Below, piece by piece: positions 49,685-59,794 of a stretch of 64,000 bases of DNA. Made by a program: the position numbers and the translations under genes. The stretch spans positions 18,807 to 82,806 of the forward strand of contig CAZYNA010000003.1 of the NCBI GenBank assembly GCA_964648775.1, read 5' to 3'. The notes beneath the pieces are model-generated. The model was not told the DNA's origin and searched no databases. It worked only from the letters and a program-made list of their open reading frames with translations. The DNA comes from an uncultured Proteiniphilum sp. GTDB taxonomy: Bacteria; Bacteroidota; Bacteroidia; Bacteroidales; Dysgonomonadaceae. How positions within the stretch are numbered: the first letter of the stretch is position 1; every line of letters starts with the position of its first letter.

Positions 49685-51166
49685 ATGGCAAAAGAATTGA
49701 AAGAGCTCACACCCAGGAGCAAAGATTTTTCTCAATGGTATCAGGATTTGGTTATCAAAGCAGATTTAGCTGAGAACTCGGCTGTTCGCGGATGCATGGT
49801 TATAAAACCCTATGGTTACGCCATTTGGGAGAAGATGCAGCGTCAACTCGACGATATGTTTAAGGAGACGGGGCATATGAACGCCTATTTCCCTCTGTTT
49901 ATACCCAAATCATACTTGAGTCGCGAAGCCGACCATGTGGAGGGTTTTGCAAAAGAGTGTGCGGTGGTAACGCATTATCGACTAAAAAATGACCCTAACG
50001 GAGGTGGTGTTATTGTTGATCCTACTGCAAAACTGGAAGAAGAGCTTGTTGTCAGACCAACTTCAGAAACTATAATCTGGAGTACATATAAAAACTGGAT
50101 ACAATCGTACCGCGATTTGCCTTTACTCATTAATCAGTGGGCCAACGTGGTTCGCTGGGAGATGCGCACACGTCTGTTTCTTCGCACAACCGAGTTTTTA
50201 TGGCAAGAAGGGCATACTGCTCACGCTACCAGAGAAGAGGCTATCGAAGAAACTGAGAAGATGATAAATGTATACGCCGAATTTGCCGAAAAGCATATGG
50301 CAATGCCTGTTATAAAAGGATTTAAATCTGAATCGGAACGTTTTGCCGGAGCAATAGATACCTATACCATCGAAGCGCTTATGCAAGATGGTAAAGCATT
50401 GCAATCGGGTACTTCGCATTTTCTCGGACAGAATTTCGCCAAAGCATTTGATGTGCAGTTTGCCGATAAAAATGGTAAGCTTGAATATGTTTGGGCTACC
50501 TCATGGGGAGTTTCAACCCGTTTGATTGGTGCACTTATAATGACCCACTCTGATGATAACGGACTGGTGCTTCCGCCTAAACTTGCTCCTTATCAAGTTG
50601 TTATTGTACCTATTTACAAAAACGACGAACAACTTCAGCAGGTTAATGAAAAAGTGGCCGGTATTGTTGCTCGTTTGAAAGCATTGGGTATTAGTGTTAA
50701 GTACGACAATGCTGATAATAAGAAACCCGGATGGAAATTCTCTGAATACGAATTAAAAGGAGTGCCTATCAGACTTGCAATGGGTGCCCGCGATCTTGAA
50801 AATAATACCGTTGAGGTTGCCCGACGCGATACTCTTACTAAAGAAACACTCTCTTGCGATGGTATTGAAGAGTATATAAAGAACCTTCTCGATGATATTC
50901 AGGATAATATCTATAAGAAAGCATCTGATTTCAGGGCATCTCAAACGCGTGAGGTCGACAGTTATGAGGAGTTTAAGACAGAGATTGAAAAGGGTGGATT
51001 TCTGCTCTGCCACTGGGATGGTACTCCCGAAACTGAAGAGCTGATTAAGAATGACACAAAAGCTACTATACGCTGTATTCCACTTGATGGAGACAAAACT
51101 CCCGGAAAGTGTATAGTTACCGGTAAACCGTCGGCACAAAGGGTTATCTTTGCAAGATCTTATTAA
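49685..51166 (+). CDS. proS: proline--tRNA ligase (archaeal/eukaryote-like class II form)
   Basis: The start is placed at [12 protein letters not shown]. It has class II aaRS motifs and the C-terminal ...VIFARSY typical of this ProRS type. Confidence 0.9.
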   Translation: MAKELKELTPRSKDFSQWYQDLVIKADLAENSAVRGCMVIKPYGYAIWEKMQRQLDDMFKETGHMNAYFPLFIPKSYLSREADHVEGFAKECAVVTHYRLKNDPNGGGVIVDPTAKLEEELVVRPTSETIIWSTYKNWIQSYRDLPLLINQWANVVRWEMRTRLFLRTTEFLWQEGHTAHATREEAIEETEKMINVYAEFAEKHMAMPVIKGFKSESERFAGAIDTYTIEALMQDGKALQSGTSHFLGQNFAKAFDVQFADKNGKLEYVWATSWGVSTRLIGALIMTHSDDNGLVLPPKLAPYQVVIVPIYKNDEQLQQVNEKVAGIVARLKALGISVKYDNADNKKPGWKFSEYELKGVPIRLAMGARDLENNTVEVARRDTLTKETLSCDGIEEYIKNLLDDIQDNIYKKASDFRASQTREVDSYEEFKTEIEKGGFLLCHWDGTPETEELIKNDTKATIRCIPLDGDKTPGKCIVTGKPSAQRVIFARSY

Positions 51167-51180
51167 TTAACTGATAAATA

Positions 51181-51222
51181 ATATTGTTACAGCTACATCT
51201 CAGGGTGTAGCTGTAACAATAT
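51181..51222. terminator. 17-bp perfect inverted repeat between convergent proS and the 218-aa gene
   Basis: atattgttacagctaca (51181-51197), loop tctcaggg, tgtagctgtaacaatat (51206-51222). The stop codon of the minus-strand gene (51200-51202) lies in the loop. Confidence 0.5.
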
Positions 51223-51856
51223 GTTCAATTAGCTTTGTAATAGACTCAGGATTATCAAAGTCCACATTGTTTTCCTTTGCATAGTTGTTATATTCTTTCC
51301 TATCCTTCCTGTAAAATCTACGAAGGCTGCTTATTGTACGAAACTCTTTCCAGCCCGAACCATCATTAAGCCAGTAGATGAAATAGGGCTTAACCGTGAA
51401 ATCATCAGGCAATTCAAGTTCATACATTTGTCCCCCCATCGATAAGCTTGAATAGCTGCTAATTGCCGAAGTTTGCGAAGTTCCCCCGTATCCCGATGGC
51501 TTTCCCGGAGCAAGCACTCTGCACTTATGCTCAATGAGCAATGTATAATCGTTGTCGTGAATAACTTCAGCAAATTTATTATTTTGCAACACAAATTTTC
51601 TCCCTTCAATAAATACGGTATCCAGTTGACTTAATGTGATTTCAGCTAAAGCCAAAACCTGTTCGCCCTGCATAAACACCATCTCTTCGGTGGCTGAGTT
51701 ATAATTTAATTGTGCGGGGTTTTCGGTACCGCTTTTCATCAAAACCACTCCGTTTTTAAATTCAGGAAACAGGTAGTGCGAAATTTCTTTCAACTGCTGT
51801 GCATTAAGTCCTGTTGCAATAGTAAAAAACAGGAATATAAATAAATAGAGTTTCAT
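51200..51856 (-). CDS. secreted hypothetical protein
   Basis: 218 aa. Signal peptide MKLYLFIFLFFTIATGLNAQ. I recognise no family. Confidence 0.5.
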   Translation of the reverse strand: MKLYLFIFLFFTIATGLNAQQLKEISHYLFPEFKNGVVLMKSGTENPAQLNYNSATEEMVFMQGEQVLALAEITLSQLDTVFIEGRKFVLQNNKFAEVIHDNDYTLLIEHKCRVLAPGKPSGYGGTSQTSAISSYSSLSMGGQMYELELPDDFTVKPYFIYWLNDGSGWKEFRTISSLRRFYRKDRKEYNNYAKENNVDFDNPESITKLIEHIVTATP

Positions 51857-51975
51857 CGGATATGTTTTTATATTTGTTTTAGATTACGTAAAGTTAAACT
51901 TTAATCTTTGTAAGTGAAAAGAAATAAAAGAATTGTTTAACTTTGTTCAAATAATAAACCTAAATTCTTAACAAT

Positions 51976-53514
51976 ATGTTCGACAATAGCAAGCGTGCAT
52001 TTATTGCCATAAATGATGAAGCAGAGGTGTGTCTGATACCAAAAATGGCCAATCGGCATGGGTTAATTACCGGAGCAACGGGAACCGGTAAGACTGTAAC
52101 TCTTCAAACTCTTTCTGAGACTTTCAGTGAAATGGGAGTTCCTGTTTTTGCTGCGGATATGAAGGGTGATCTATCGGGTGTCGCCAATATTGGCGGCAAT
52201 AAAGAGAGTGTGGTAAAACGGGTTGATGGTTATAAATTAGCGGAGAAAGGCTTTGAGTATAAGTCGTTTCCCGTAAGGTTCTGGGATGTATTTGGCGAAC
52301 AGGGGCATCCGGTAAGAACAACAGTTACTTCAATGGGCCCCCTGCTGCTTGAGCGTCTTCTTAACCTTAATGAAACTCAGGGAGCTATTCTTACAATGGC
52401 TTTTAAAATTGCCGACGATAACAATTTATTGATTCTCGATCTTAAGGATTTGCAGAAGATGCTGCAGTTTGTGGGTGATAACAGAAAAGAATTTACAACC
52501 AAGTATGGAAATATTTCTCCGGCAAGTATTGGTGCTATTCAACGTGGATTAATGCGACTAGAGAGCGAGGGAGCCGACAGGTTTTTTGGGGAGCCGGACC
52601 TTGAGATTACAGATTTTATACAAACAGAGCAAGGTAAGGGTGTCATCAATATTCTTGCAGCAGACAAGCTGATGAATTCGCCACGGGTTTATACTACTTT
52701 TTTATTGTGGCTGCTTGATGATCTTTATGAAACACTGCCCGAAGTGGGTGATTTAGATAAACCCAAACTGGTTTTCTTCTTTGATGAAGCTCATTTACTA
52801 TTTAATGATATGTCGCCCTCGCTACTTGAAAAAGTGGAGCAGATTGTAAGACTTATAAGGTCTAAGGGCGTTGGTGTATATTTCTGTACACAGAATCCGG
52901 CAGATATCCCAAACACTATTTTAGGGCAGTTAGGCAATCGTGTTCAGCATGCTCTTCGCGCATATACTCCCAACGATCAAAAAGCCGTTAGAGTTGCTGC
53001 AAATACGTTTAGAGCCAATCCTAAATTCAACACAGAGGAAGCTATTACTCAACTTAATACCGGAGAGGCCCTTGTATCGTTTCTTGATGAAAAGGGAGCC
53101 CCCCAGATGGTGGAAAGGGCAAATATTTTACCTCCGCAGGGGCAAATTGGTCCCATTACCCTTGGAGAAAGGGATAAGGCTATAAAAGGTTCGCTTATTT
53201 ATGGCGTTTATGAAGATATAATTGACAGGGAATCTGCTTTTGAAATTTTATCACGTAAACAGGAGCTACTTGAAGAAGAGCGAAGGTTTGCAGCTGAAGA
53301 GAAGGAGAAGGCCCGACTAAAGAAAGAGGCCGAAAAGGAAGCAAGGGAGGCCGAAAGGGCTGAACGGGCTGCTGCCAGAAAGAAAAAGGAGGAGCAGGGA
53401 ATTTTGGGCGATCTGCTTGATCAGGTAGGAAAAAGCACAAAGAGACAGATTAGCTACCAGCTGGGAAAAACAATTACAAGAGGTATATTTGGGGGACTGT
53501 TTGGAATGAAATAG
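51976..53514 (+). CDS. DUF853 / HerA-like P-loop ATPase (YjgR-like)
   Basis: 512 aa. N-terminus [21 protein letters not shown] closely resembles E. coli YjgR. The C-terminal tail is rich in Lys, Glu and Arg. Confidence 0.8.
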   Translation: MFDNSKRAFIAINDEAEVCLIPKMANRHGLITGATGTGKTVTLQTLSETFSEMGVPVFAADMKGDLSGVANIGGNKESVVKRVDGYKLAEKGFEYKSFPVRFWDVFGEQGHPVRTTVTSMGPLLLERLLNLNETQGAILTMAFKIADDNNLLILDLKDLQKMLQFVGDNRKEFTTKYGNISPASIGAIQRGLMRLESEGADRFFGEPDLEITDFIQTEQGKGVINILAADKLMNSPRVYTTFLLWLLDDLYETLPEVGDLDKPKLVFFFDEAHLLFNDMSPSLLEKVEQIVRLIRSKGVGVYFCTQNPADIPNTILGQLGNRVQHALRAYTPNDQKAVRVAANTFRANPKFNTEEAITQLNTGEALVSFLDEKGAPQMVERANILPPQGQIGPITLGERDKAIKGSLIYGVYEDIIDRESAFEILSRKQELLEEERRFAAEEKEKARLKKEAEKEAREAERAERAAARKKKEEQGILGDLLDQVGKSTKRQISYQLGKTITRGIFGGLFGMK

Positions 53515-53561
53515 TTTTAAATATTAAGTGTTTATGCTTTTTTATTTGACCTGTAAAGATG

Positions 53562-53569
53562 TATCTTTG
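53562..53569 (+). promoter_or_regulatory. -7 box TATCTTTG upstream of the DUF368 gene
   Basis: Exact match, 26 nt before the ATG at 53595. Confidence 0.4.
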
Positions 53570-53594
53570 CGCTTTCTCAAAATATTTATATAAG

Positions 53595-54545
53595 ATGAGC
53601 GAGCAGAAAGAGGTAAATTCCAAGGAGTTGACAAATAAAGAGAGTAATATTAAAACCGCCGAAGCTAAACCAATTAACCCTTTGGTTGATTGGTTTGTGC
53701 GACTAATTAAAGGTGCTTTTGTTGGAATTGGCTTTATTCTTCCGGGACTTTCGGGCGGAGTTCTTGCAGTTATTTTTGGTATTTACGACCCGCTTATCAG
53801 GTTTCTGGCTAATATCCGTAAGAATTTCATAAAGAACGTACTCTATTTTATTCCTGTTGCCATTGGAGCTGCAATTGGCATCGTACTTTTTGCTGTTGTG
53901 GTGGAAAAAGCTTTTGGAAAATATGCTGCTCAGTTTGTATGCCTTTTTGTGGGATTCGTTGCAGGCACTTTTCCATCGCTATATAAAACTGCCGGTAAAC
54001 AGGGAAGGGGCTCATCAGATATATGGATTCTGATTATTACAACCATTGCTTTATTTTCGTCAATGCTTGTTGGAGGACAACAACTTACAGAGGTTACTCC
54101 CAACATTATGGTTTGGTTAGGCTCGGGACTATTAATGGGATTGGGTTTAATTGTACCGGGTATGAGTCCCTCTAATTTCCTGATATACTTTGGGCTTTAC
54201 GATAAGATGGCAATAGGAATTAAAGATTTTGACTTTGCCGTAATCATACCGCTTATAATAGGATTTGTTGTTTGTATCCTGCTCTTTGCAAAAATAGCTT
54301 CATGGTTTTTCCGTAAATACTATTCCGGGATGTATCATTTTATTCTGGGAATGGTTATAGGATCATCATTAGCAATATTCCCAACAGTGGTATTCCCTGC
54401 ATTTACTGCCGAAAACCTTGCATTGGCAGACCTTAGTTTTGCAGGATCACTAATATTCTGTGTTGTTTTGTTTATAATTGGTACACTCCTATCGTATCAG
54501 TTTAGTAAGGTTGAGGAGAAATATCCGAGAGAAGAGATGTTTTAG
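53595..54545 (+). CDS. DUF368-family membrane protein
   Basis: The start is placed at MSEQKE. Polytopic, with the LPGLSGGVLAVIFG motif. Confidence 0.7.
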   Translation: MSEQKEVNSKELTNKESNIKTAEAKPINPLVDWFVRLIKGAFVGIGFILPGLSGGVLAVIFGIYDPLIRFLANIRKNFIKNVLYFIPVAIGAAIGIVLFAVVVEKAFGKYAAQFVCLFVGFVAGTFPSLYKTAGKQGRGSSDIWILIITTIALFSSMLVGGQQLTEVTPNIMVWLGSGLLMGLGLIVPGMSPSNFLIYFGLYDKMAIGIKDFDFAVIIPLIIGFVVCILLFAKIASWFFRKYYSGMYHFILGMVIGSSLAIFPTVVFPAFTAENLALADLSFAGSLIFCVVLFIIGTLLSYQFSKVEEKYPREEMF

Positions 54546-54560
54546 GGTATGATTGAGGTG

Positions 54561-54998
54561 TTATTCAGGCATTTTAATTCTGGGATTGCGATCAATGAGC
54601 TCCGCAATTAGTGAATCAATATCTGATTCTTTAACTCTCAGTACTTCAAACCCTCTTACCAAATCTATGCGTAGCTGATTGTTTTTCACCTTTTTCAATC
54701 CAATAATATCACCTATTGCTATACGTCTTTTTTTAGCAAACAGCTTTATTACAAACCTTATTTCCAAAAAATTAAGCTCAGTTATTACGTACTCTTTAAC
54801 GGTTACGGATAAAACAAATAAGGTGTAAATAGAAATAGGAAGTATATAAGACCATGTGTTTGACGACTCTACATATTTATATACAACCAAGGCAAGCAAA
54901 ATAAGAGCTGCAATTGTCCAGTAAAAATTATCAAATCCGTTATCTGCTTTGAACTTCTTTTCCATTATACATACAACTTTATTGCTATTACTCTTCAA
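54561..54998 (-). CDS. small membrane protein, hypothetical
   Basis: 145 aa. Two hydrophobic helices followed by a soluble C-terminal domain. The start could be the internal MEKKF. Confidence 0.45.
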   Translation of the reverse strand: MKSNSNKVVCIMEKKFKADNGFDNFYWTIAALILLALVVYKYVESSNTWSYILPISIYTLFVLSVTVKEYVITELNFLEIRFVIKLFAKKRRIAIGDIIGLKKVKNNQLRIDLVRGFEVLRVKESDIDSLIAELIDRNPRIKMPE

Positions 54999-55246
54999 AG
55001 ATACATTTTTATATGCAATTATTGTTAATTAGTTTAAACAAAATGAGTATAGACTAACAACTGATTTTTATCGACTAAAAAGGGTTATTTATCCACAAAC
55101 AACTAAATCAGACCTCTAAATACTTATATATTTGCGCTTTAGATAATTAAAACTTGGTTAAACTCAGCAATAAGTATTAAACATTTGTAGCTCCCACTTG
55201 TCATAGAAGCAGATATATTTATTATTCATGTTTTAAATTTCACATT

Positions 55247-55681
55247 ATGAAAAAGTATTCTTTAATGGTTTTAATTGCCATTTTCACTATCAGCTTTAGT
55301 GCCACTGCTCAAAACCGACAAGAAAGAAGGGCAAACACACAGCGTGCAGAAACCTCTGTGAGGTGGAATGCAAAGGAGAGGGCCGAAAATATGGCTAAAC
55401 AACTCGAACTGACTGATGCTCAGAAGGCTGAAGTTGAGGCTTTATTCGAGAAGCAGGATAAGGAGCGTGAGGCTCAGGTTGCAGAGCATAGAGCTAAAAG
55501 AGAAGAGTTAAAAAACAACAGAGAGGCACAAAGGGCCGAAATGATGGAGCTCAGAAATAAAGAGGTAGAAAAGAATGAGGCTGAGTTACAAAAGATTATA
55601 GGTAATGACAAGCTCGAGCAATGGAAGAAATATCGCGAAGATAATCGTAGAGGAAGACGTCAGCCAAGCGGCAGACGATAA
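55247..55681 (+). CDS. secreted helical, charged protein (Spy/CpxP-like, DUF4890-like)
   Basis: 144 aa. Signal peptide ending SATAQ. Low-complexity coiled region rich in Glu, Lys, Arg and Ala. Confidence 0.5.
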   Translation: MKKYSLMVLIAIFTISFSATAQNRQERRANTQRAETSVRWNAKERAENMAKQLELTDAQKAEVEALFEKQDKEREAQVAEHRAKREELKNNREAQRAEMMELRNKEVEKNEAELQKIIGNDKLEQWKKYREDNRRGRRQPSGRR

Positions 55682-55698
55682 GGTATTGGTCTTTTAGA

Positions 55699-56538
55699 CT
55701 AATTGTTTAAATAGTAATTATTATAAATGGTTTTGTACTCATCGGTACTCTTGAAATGCTTAAACCAACTGTTAAGGCTATCAAGCAGTACCGGTGAATT
55801 TTTTCTTAATGCCCACGACTCAATCTGAGTGAAACTGATATCGGTGCCTGTGTCAATCTCGGGCAGCGCTTCTGATAAACGTTTTGCCATCACTTCATCA
55901 CTAGCCGTAAAATCGATATCTCCGGATGCAACCATCATTACAAGCTGTTCCGACTCATATACAGGGTCTTCTACTATGTAAATTGTATCTCCTATTTCGT
56001 GTGAGAGATTATTAATTCTCATAATTGCAGGTGATTCGGCAGGTACATGTATTGTCTTTTGTGCCAGGTTTAGGTGCTGTCGAATGGGTTCAATGCTATC
56101 GTTATACTCAGTTTTACGCTGAACCAAAACCAATTTATTATAAGTGATGGGATCTGTAAAAATCAACATTTCCCTAAGCTGTGTGTTTACAGGTATATTT
56201 CTTGCAATTATATCATATTTTTGTTCTTGCAAACCTTCCAGATTGTCATCAAGACTATTCTCAAGATAAATATTTACTTTAATTCCCCAATCTTTCTCAA
56301 GTGCTCTGATAATTTCAAGTTGAAACCCTTGTGTTGAATCACCTGAAACATAATAACCAACAGGGTTGTAATCTGTTACAACATTCAATTCGCCCAATTC
56401 AAAAATCTGCTGATAATCTCTTACGCCCAATTCTTTATCACTGCTATTAAGAAATCTCCAGATAAGAATCATTGTTCCCACCGAAATAATCAGCAAAAAC
56501 AGATAGGTTATAAGTTGTTTTCGGAATTTTATGAGCAC
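55699..56538 (-). CDS. family-3 solute-binding-domain protein (MltF N-terminal-like), membrane anchored
   Basis: 279 aa with an N-terminal TM helix. The GFQLEIIRAL and YDIIARNIPV patterns fit SBP_bac_3. Confidence 0.6.
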   Translation of the reverse strand: MLIKFRKQLITYLFLLIISVGTMILIWRFLNSSDKELGVRDYQQIFELGELNVVTDYNPVGYYVSGDSTQGFQLEIIRALEKDWGIKVNIYLENSLDDNLEGLQEQKYDIIARNIPVNTQLREMLIFTDPITYNKLVLVQRKTEYNDSIEPIRQHLNLAQKTIHVPAESPAIMRINNLSHEIGDTIYIVEDPVYESEQLVMMVASGDIDFTASDEVMAKRLSEALPEIDTGTDISFTQIESWALRKNSPVLLDSLNSWFKHFKSTDEYKTIYNNYYLNN

Positions 56539-56543
56539 TTAAT

Positions 56544-58610
56544 TTAATTATGAAGGTTTATTGAAACTCCAAGTTTAAATATAAAAGGATTCACCGGATA
56601 ACCGGGTATTGTGAAGTATTCCTGAGGTTTAATAACCTGCGAACCAATATTATAAAACATTACAAAGAAGCGGGTCTGCTTTAAATGCATATTGGCATAT
56701 GCGGTTGCTATAGGATAATTTCCTATCTCTTTTTCAGTTTGATTATAGAATTGCAAAAGTGCCGGTTCATATCCCTGCACATAGTATTTAGTATGATAAT
56801 GAGCATCAACACCCAATTGCAGAGTAAGCTCATCCACAATCTTTGTTTTCAGATACATGTTTGAATATATGCTAAGCGTGGGCAACGGAATCACATCCTG
56901 GTTGCTTGATACCTGATATACAATCTGATTATCCCAGTTGAAGATACCAAATCTTATATTTTGGTCTAATCTTGCCGATAACACCTGAATATTCTCACTC
57001 TCCTGAGAAATAATCTTATCCTGATTGAAGTATATCCAGTTTTGCACATTTTCTACACCCGCACTAATTGTTGTGTTTGTGAAAGGTATAAAAATCTTAC
57101 CTCCGGCATATACGCGACGAGTATCTCCAAAGTTATTATTCCACTTAAAGTACTTCGAGTAGTAGTTGTCCTGAAGATATTTCGGTCGCAGGTTTTTAAT
57201 ATAAGCTTCTGCAGATAAGGTGGTTCGTCTATCGGCTATATCAAATCCGGTCTCAACATCCCCCATCACTCTAAACTCTCCAAGGTTAACACCCAAAACT
57301 CCAATATCGGCACGAACATTAAAGAGCAGGTTTTCGCCCTGTTGCTTATTCAGAACACCTCCAAGCGTAACAGAGCTCTCTCTGTGATTCATAAAGCCTG
57401 TGCCGGTGGTATCTCTCATTGAATAGTTACGTAAATCGTATTCAAGAAATGCGGTTAATCCAAATTTCACCCAATCCTTAAAACCTTCGCGCATACTAAG
57501 AGAAACCGAATTTTTAAATGAAGAGAAACGAATGCTGTCATCTACTGCTTCGCCATAATATCTGTTCTGATAGAACTGATCTATATTCTGCATTTGAACC
57601 CCATCAACATTTACATATAATGTGTCGTACGAAAGGAACCTGCGATGTTGTTGAGTATACTGCGATGAGAAACCAATGCTTGCTACAGGAACAAACTCAC
57701 GGGTGCCCTGATGTAGCGAGTCGCCCGGCACATCAAAGTAACCCAGATTATAACGCCCCGATAGAAAAAACCGATTATTCTTTACTGAGTTCCACGTATC
57801 CTTAAACTTAATAGGTATATCACGGGGAGTAAAATTTTGCTGAATAGATTCCGGATCGGTTATAAAGCTCTCATCGGTTATACCTCCGTTTTCCACATTG
57901 GTGATATTGCCTAAATTCATGAAGGCATGCCCCTCAATTCTGTCAGAAATATAATTTCCAAAGAGGCTAAAGTTGTTATGTCTCACTGCCTGAGAATTAT
58001 AGAAGCCCTTAGTATTAATTAGATCGATGTCCATACCAACATTCAGACTTTTACCAAAATTTGAAGTAAGCCTTGCATCAAGTCGCTCTTCTCTGGTCTG
58101 TTTATTACCACTTCTATGATAATTTATGCGCGAGTACGGCACTCTTGTATTCACAAATAAGAGCTCTTCGGCCCTCTTTATATAGGGGTTATAGGGTGTG
58201 TTAAAAACAAAATGCTCCTCTTCTTTTGTATCAAAGAAAATTTTCGAAAATGAAGGAGATCCAAGCGGCCCGAGGAATCCTGTGGCAACATATTCTCCAT
58301 CGGGAAGTGTTGTATGCTGAAAATTGTAAAGCAGTGTATCCGAAATAGCAGGGAGGCGGTCGCCGGTGCGACTGTCAATTGTCCATATAACCATCCTCGC
58401 CAGCTCCTGCAACGAGTCCGCTTCCGCTCCATGATCATGTAAAAGATGATCCAGGTGCGACCTTTGATCTGTTTGTGGTGGCAACAAATCAAGCGAGTCG
58501 GGATTAGTGGTAATTTGCGATGAGTCGGGCATTATTATATGCGCTTGCGAGAATAGCGCTCCCATGCAAAATATCCAAACAAATATCGTAAAAATCAGCT
58601 TAGCTTTCAT
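56544..58610 (-). CDS. large outer-membrane beta-barrel protein (putative porin family)
   Basis: The start is placed at MKAKLIFTIFVWIF (58608-58610). It has alternating beta-strand patterns and the C-terminal ...FKLGVSINLHN. The stop-to-start gap to the downstream SBP gene is 5 nt. Confidence 0.5.
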   Translation of the reverse strand: MKAKLIFTIFVWIFCMGALFSQAHIIMPDSSQITTNPDSLDLLPPQTDQRSHLDHLLHDHGAEADSLQELARMVIWTIDSRTGDRLPAISDTLLYNFQHTTLPDGEYVATGFLGPLGSPSFSKIFFDTKEEEHFVFNTPYNPYIKRAEELLFVNTRVPYSRINYHRSGNKQTREERLDARLTSNFGKSLNVGMDIDLINTKGFYNSQAVRHNNFSLFGNYISDRIEGHAFMNLGNITNVENGGITDESFITDPESIQQNFTPRDIPIKFKDTWNSVKNNRFFLSGRYNLGYFDVPGDSLHQGTREFVPVASIGFSSQYTQQHRRFLSYDTLYVNVDGVQMQNIDQFYQNRYYGEAVDDSIRFSSFKNSVSLSMREGFKDWVKFGLTAFLEYDLRNYSMRDTTGTGFMNHRESSVTLGGVLNKQQGENLLFNVRADIGVLGVNLGEFRVMGDVETGFDIADRRTTLSAEAYIKNLRPKYLQDNYYSKYFKWNNNFGDTRRVYAGGKIFIPFTNTTISAGVENVQNWIYFNQDKIISQESENIQVLSARLDQNIRFGIFNWDNQIVYQVSSNQDVIPLPTLSIYSNMYLKTKIVDELTLQLGVDAHYHTKYYVQGYEPALLQFYNQTEKEIGNYPIATAYANMHLKQTRFFVMFYNIGSQVIKPQEYFTIPGYPVNPFIFKLGVSINLHN

Positions 58611-58743
58611 TGGATGCAAATATACATGAAATAATATCATGCTGAGTTAGAGTGGAGCCTTTTTCTGCTGTTTTTGAGAAATTTTAGTATGCTTAAATAA
58701 AAATAATTTGTTCTAATATATATTGCTTTTAAAATTATTCCAT

Positions 58744-58751
58744 TATCTTTG
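58744..58751 (+). promoter_or_regulatory. -7 box TATCTTTG, candidate his operon promoter
   Basis: Exact match, 18 nt before the leader-peptide ATG. Confidence 0.5.
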
Positions 58752-58769
58752 CTGCATAAAACTAAAAAA

Positions 58770-58826
58770 ATGAAAGTAAAAAGGTTTCATCATCATCATT
58801 TTCATACTTGCGATCAGGCGAGGTGA
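58770..58826 (+). CDS. his operon leader peptide MKVKRFHHHHFHTCDQAR
   Basis: An 18-codon ORF with CAT x4, TTT, CAT (5 His in 6 codons). It is followed by alternative pairings and a terminator directly upstream of hisG. Confidence 0.75.
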   Translation: MKVKRFHHHHFHTCDQAR

Positions 58827-58863
58827 GATAGATATAGGTTTACCTAATTACAATATTTATATG

Positions 58864-58893
58864 CCCGTCTGACTGGAATCAGACGGGTTTTTT
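58864..58893 (+). terminator. his attenuator terminator
   Basis: CCCGTCTGA (58864-58872), loop CTGGAA, TCAGACGGG (58879-58887), then T6-G-T6. Confidence 0.8.
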
Positions 58894-58933
58894 GTTTTTT
58901 ATATTGTTACTTTTTGAAAAAAACAGAATAAAA

Positions 58934-59791
58934 ATGGAGAAAATAAAGATAGCTATCCAAAAAAGTGGTCGTTTGAGCGAGAAGTCCATCGAACTCCTTT
59001 CTGAATGTGGAATAAGAATTTCCAACGGTAATCGTAAGCTGAAGACAGAAGCAAGTAATTTCCCTATGGAGATTCTTTTCTTACGCGATGATGATATCCC
59101 ACAATATGTTGAGCAGGGGGTTGCAGATCTGGGAATTCTGGGAGAGAACGAAGTGTGGGAAAAAGATCAGGAGGTAGAAATTGTAGACATGCTTGGGTTT
59201 GCTAAATGCAGAATGTCACTTGCAATACCTAAAGATGAAGTTTATACCGGACTCAACTACTTCGAGGGTAAACGTATAGCAACAAGCTATCCTAAAGTTC
59301 TCGACAAGTTTTTCCAATCTAAAGGAATCAATGTTGAGATTGAGCAGCTGGGTGGCAGCGTTGAAATTGCAACCGGAATTGGTTTAGCAGACGCTATCTT
59401 TGACATAGTGAGCACCGGGAGCACGTTGTTAATGAACGGACTGAAAGAAGCGGAAGTAGTTGTAAGAAGTCAGGCTGTACTTATCAGCAACAAAAACCTG
59501 TCTCCAGTAAAACAAGATTTGCTCAACCAGTTGCTATTCCGTATTAAGGCACAAAAGAATGGACAGGGCAAAAAATATGTGCTTCTTAATGCTCCAAATG
59601 AGGTGATTCCGGATATAATAAAGCTTTTGCCCGGCATGCGCTCTCCAAGCATACTGCCCCTTGCCGATGAAGGCTGGAGCAGTGTTCACTCGGTAATTAA
59701 TGATGATGATTTCTGGGAGGTTATAGATGAGCTTAAACGTCACGGAGCAGAAGGTATTTTAGTAATTCCAATCGAAAAAATGATAACTTGA
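58934..59791 (+). CDS. hisG: ATP phosphoribosyltransferase (long form)
   Basis: The start is placed at MEKIKIAIQKSGRL. 285 aa including the C-terminal regulatory domain. Confidence 0.9.
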   Translation: MEKIKIAIQKSGRLSEKSIELLSECGIRISNGNRKLKTEASNFPMEILFLRDDDIPQYVEQGVADLGILGENEVWEKDQEVEIVDMLGFAKCRMSLAIPKDEVYTGLNYFEGKRIATSYPKVLDKFFQSKGINVEIEQLGGSVEIATGIGLADAIFDIVSTGSTLLMNGLKEAEVVVRSQAVLISNKNLSPVKQDLLNQLLFRIKAQKNGQGKKYVLLNAPNEVIPDIIKLLPGMRSPSILPLADEGWSSVHSVINDDDFWEVIDELKRHGAEGILVIPIEKMIT

Positions 59792-59794
59792 TAT

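Noticed and set aside
50753-51139. Antisense or embedded ORFs of 60-128 aa inside well-supported genes (for example 50753..51139 in proS, 25582..25938 in the transporter, 62793..63137 in hisB, 36032..36370 in tig, 44351..44668 in trkA)
   Set aside because: Each lies fully within a longer ORF that has clear family signatures on the other strand or frame. Their compositions are skewed and they have no independent start context. They are shadow ORFs.
55089-55097. Perfect DnaA-box consensus TTATCCACA in the intergenic region upstream of the Spy-like gene
   Set aside because: It is a single isolated box. I saw no cluster of boxes, no AT-rich unwinding-element pattern and no dnaA or dnaN nearby, so one chance 9-mer is the likelier explanation. 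It is not an origin.
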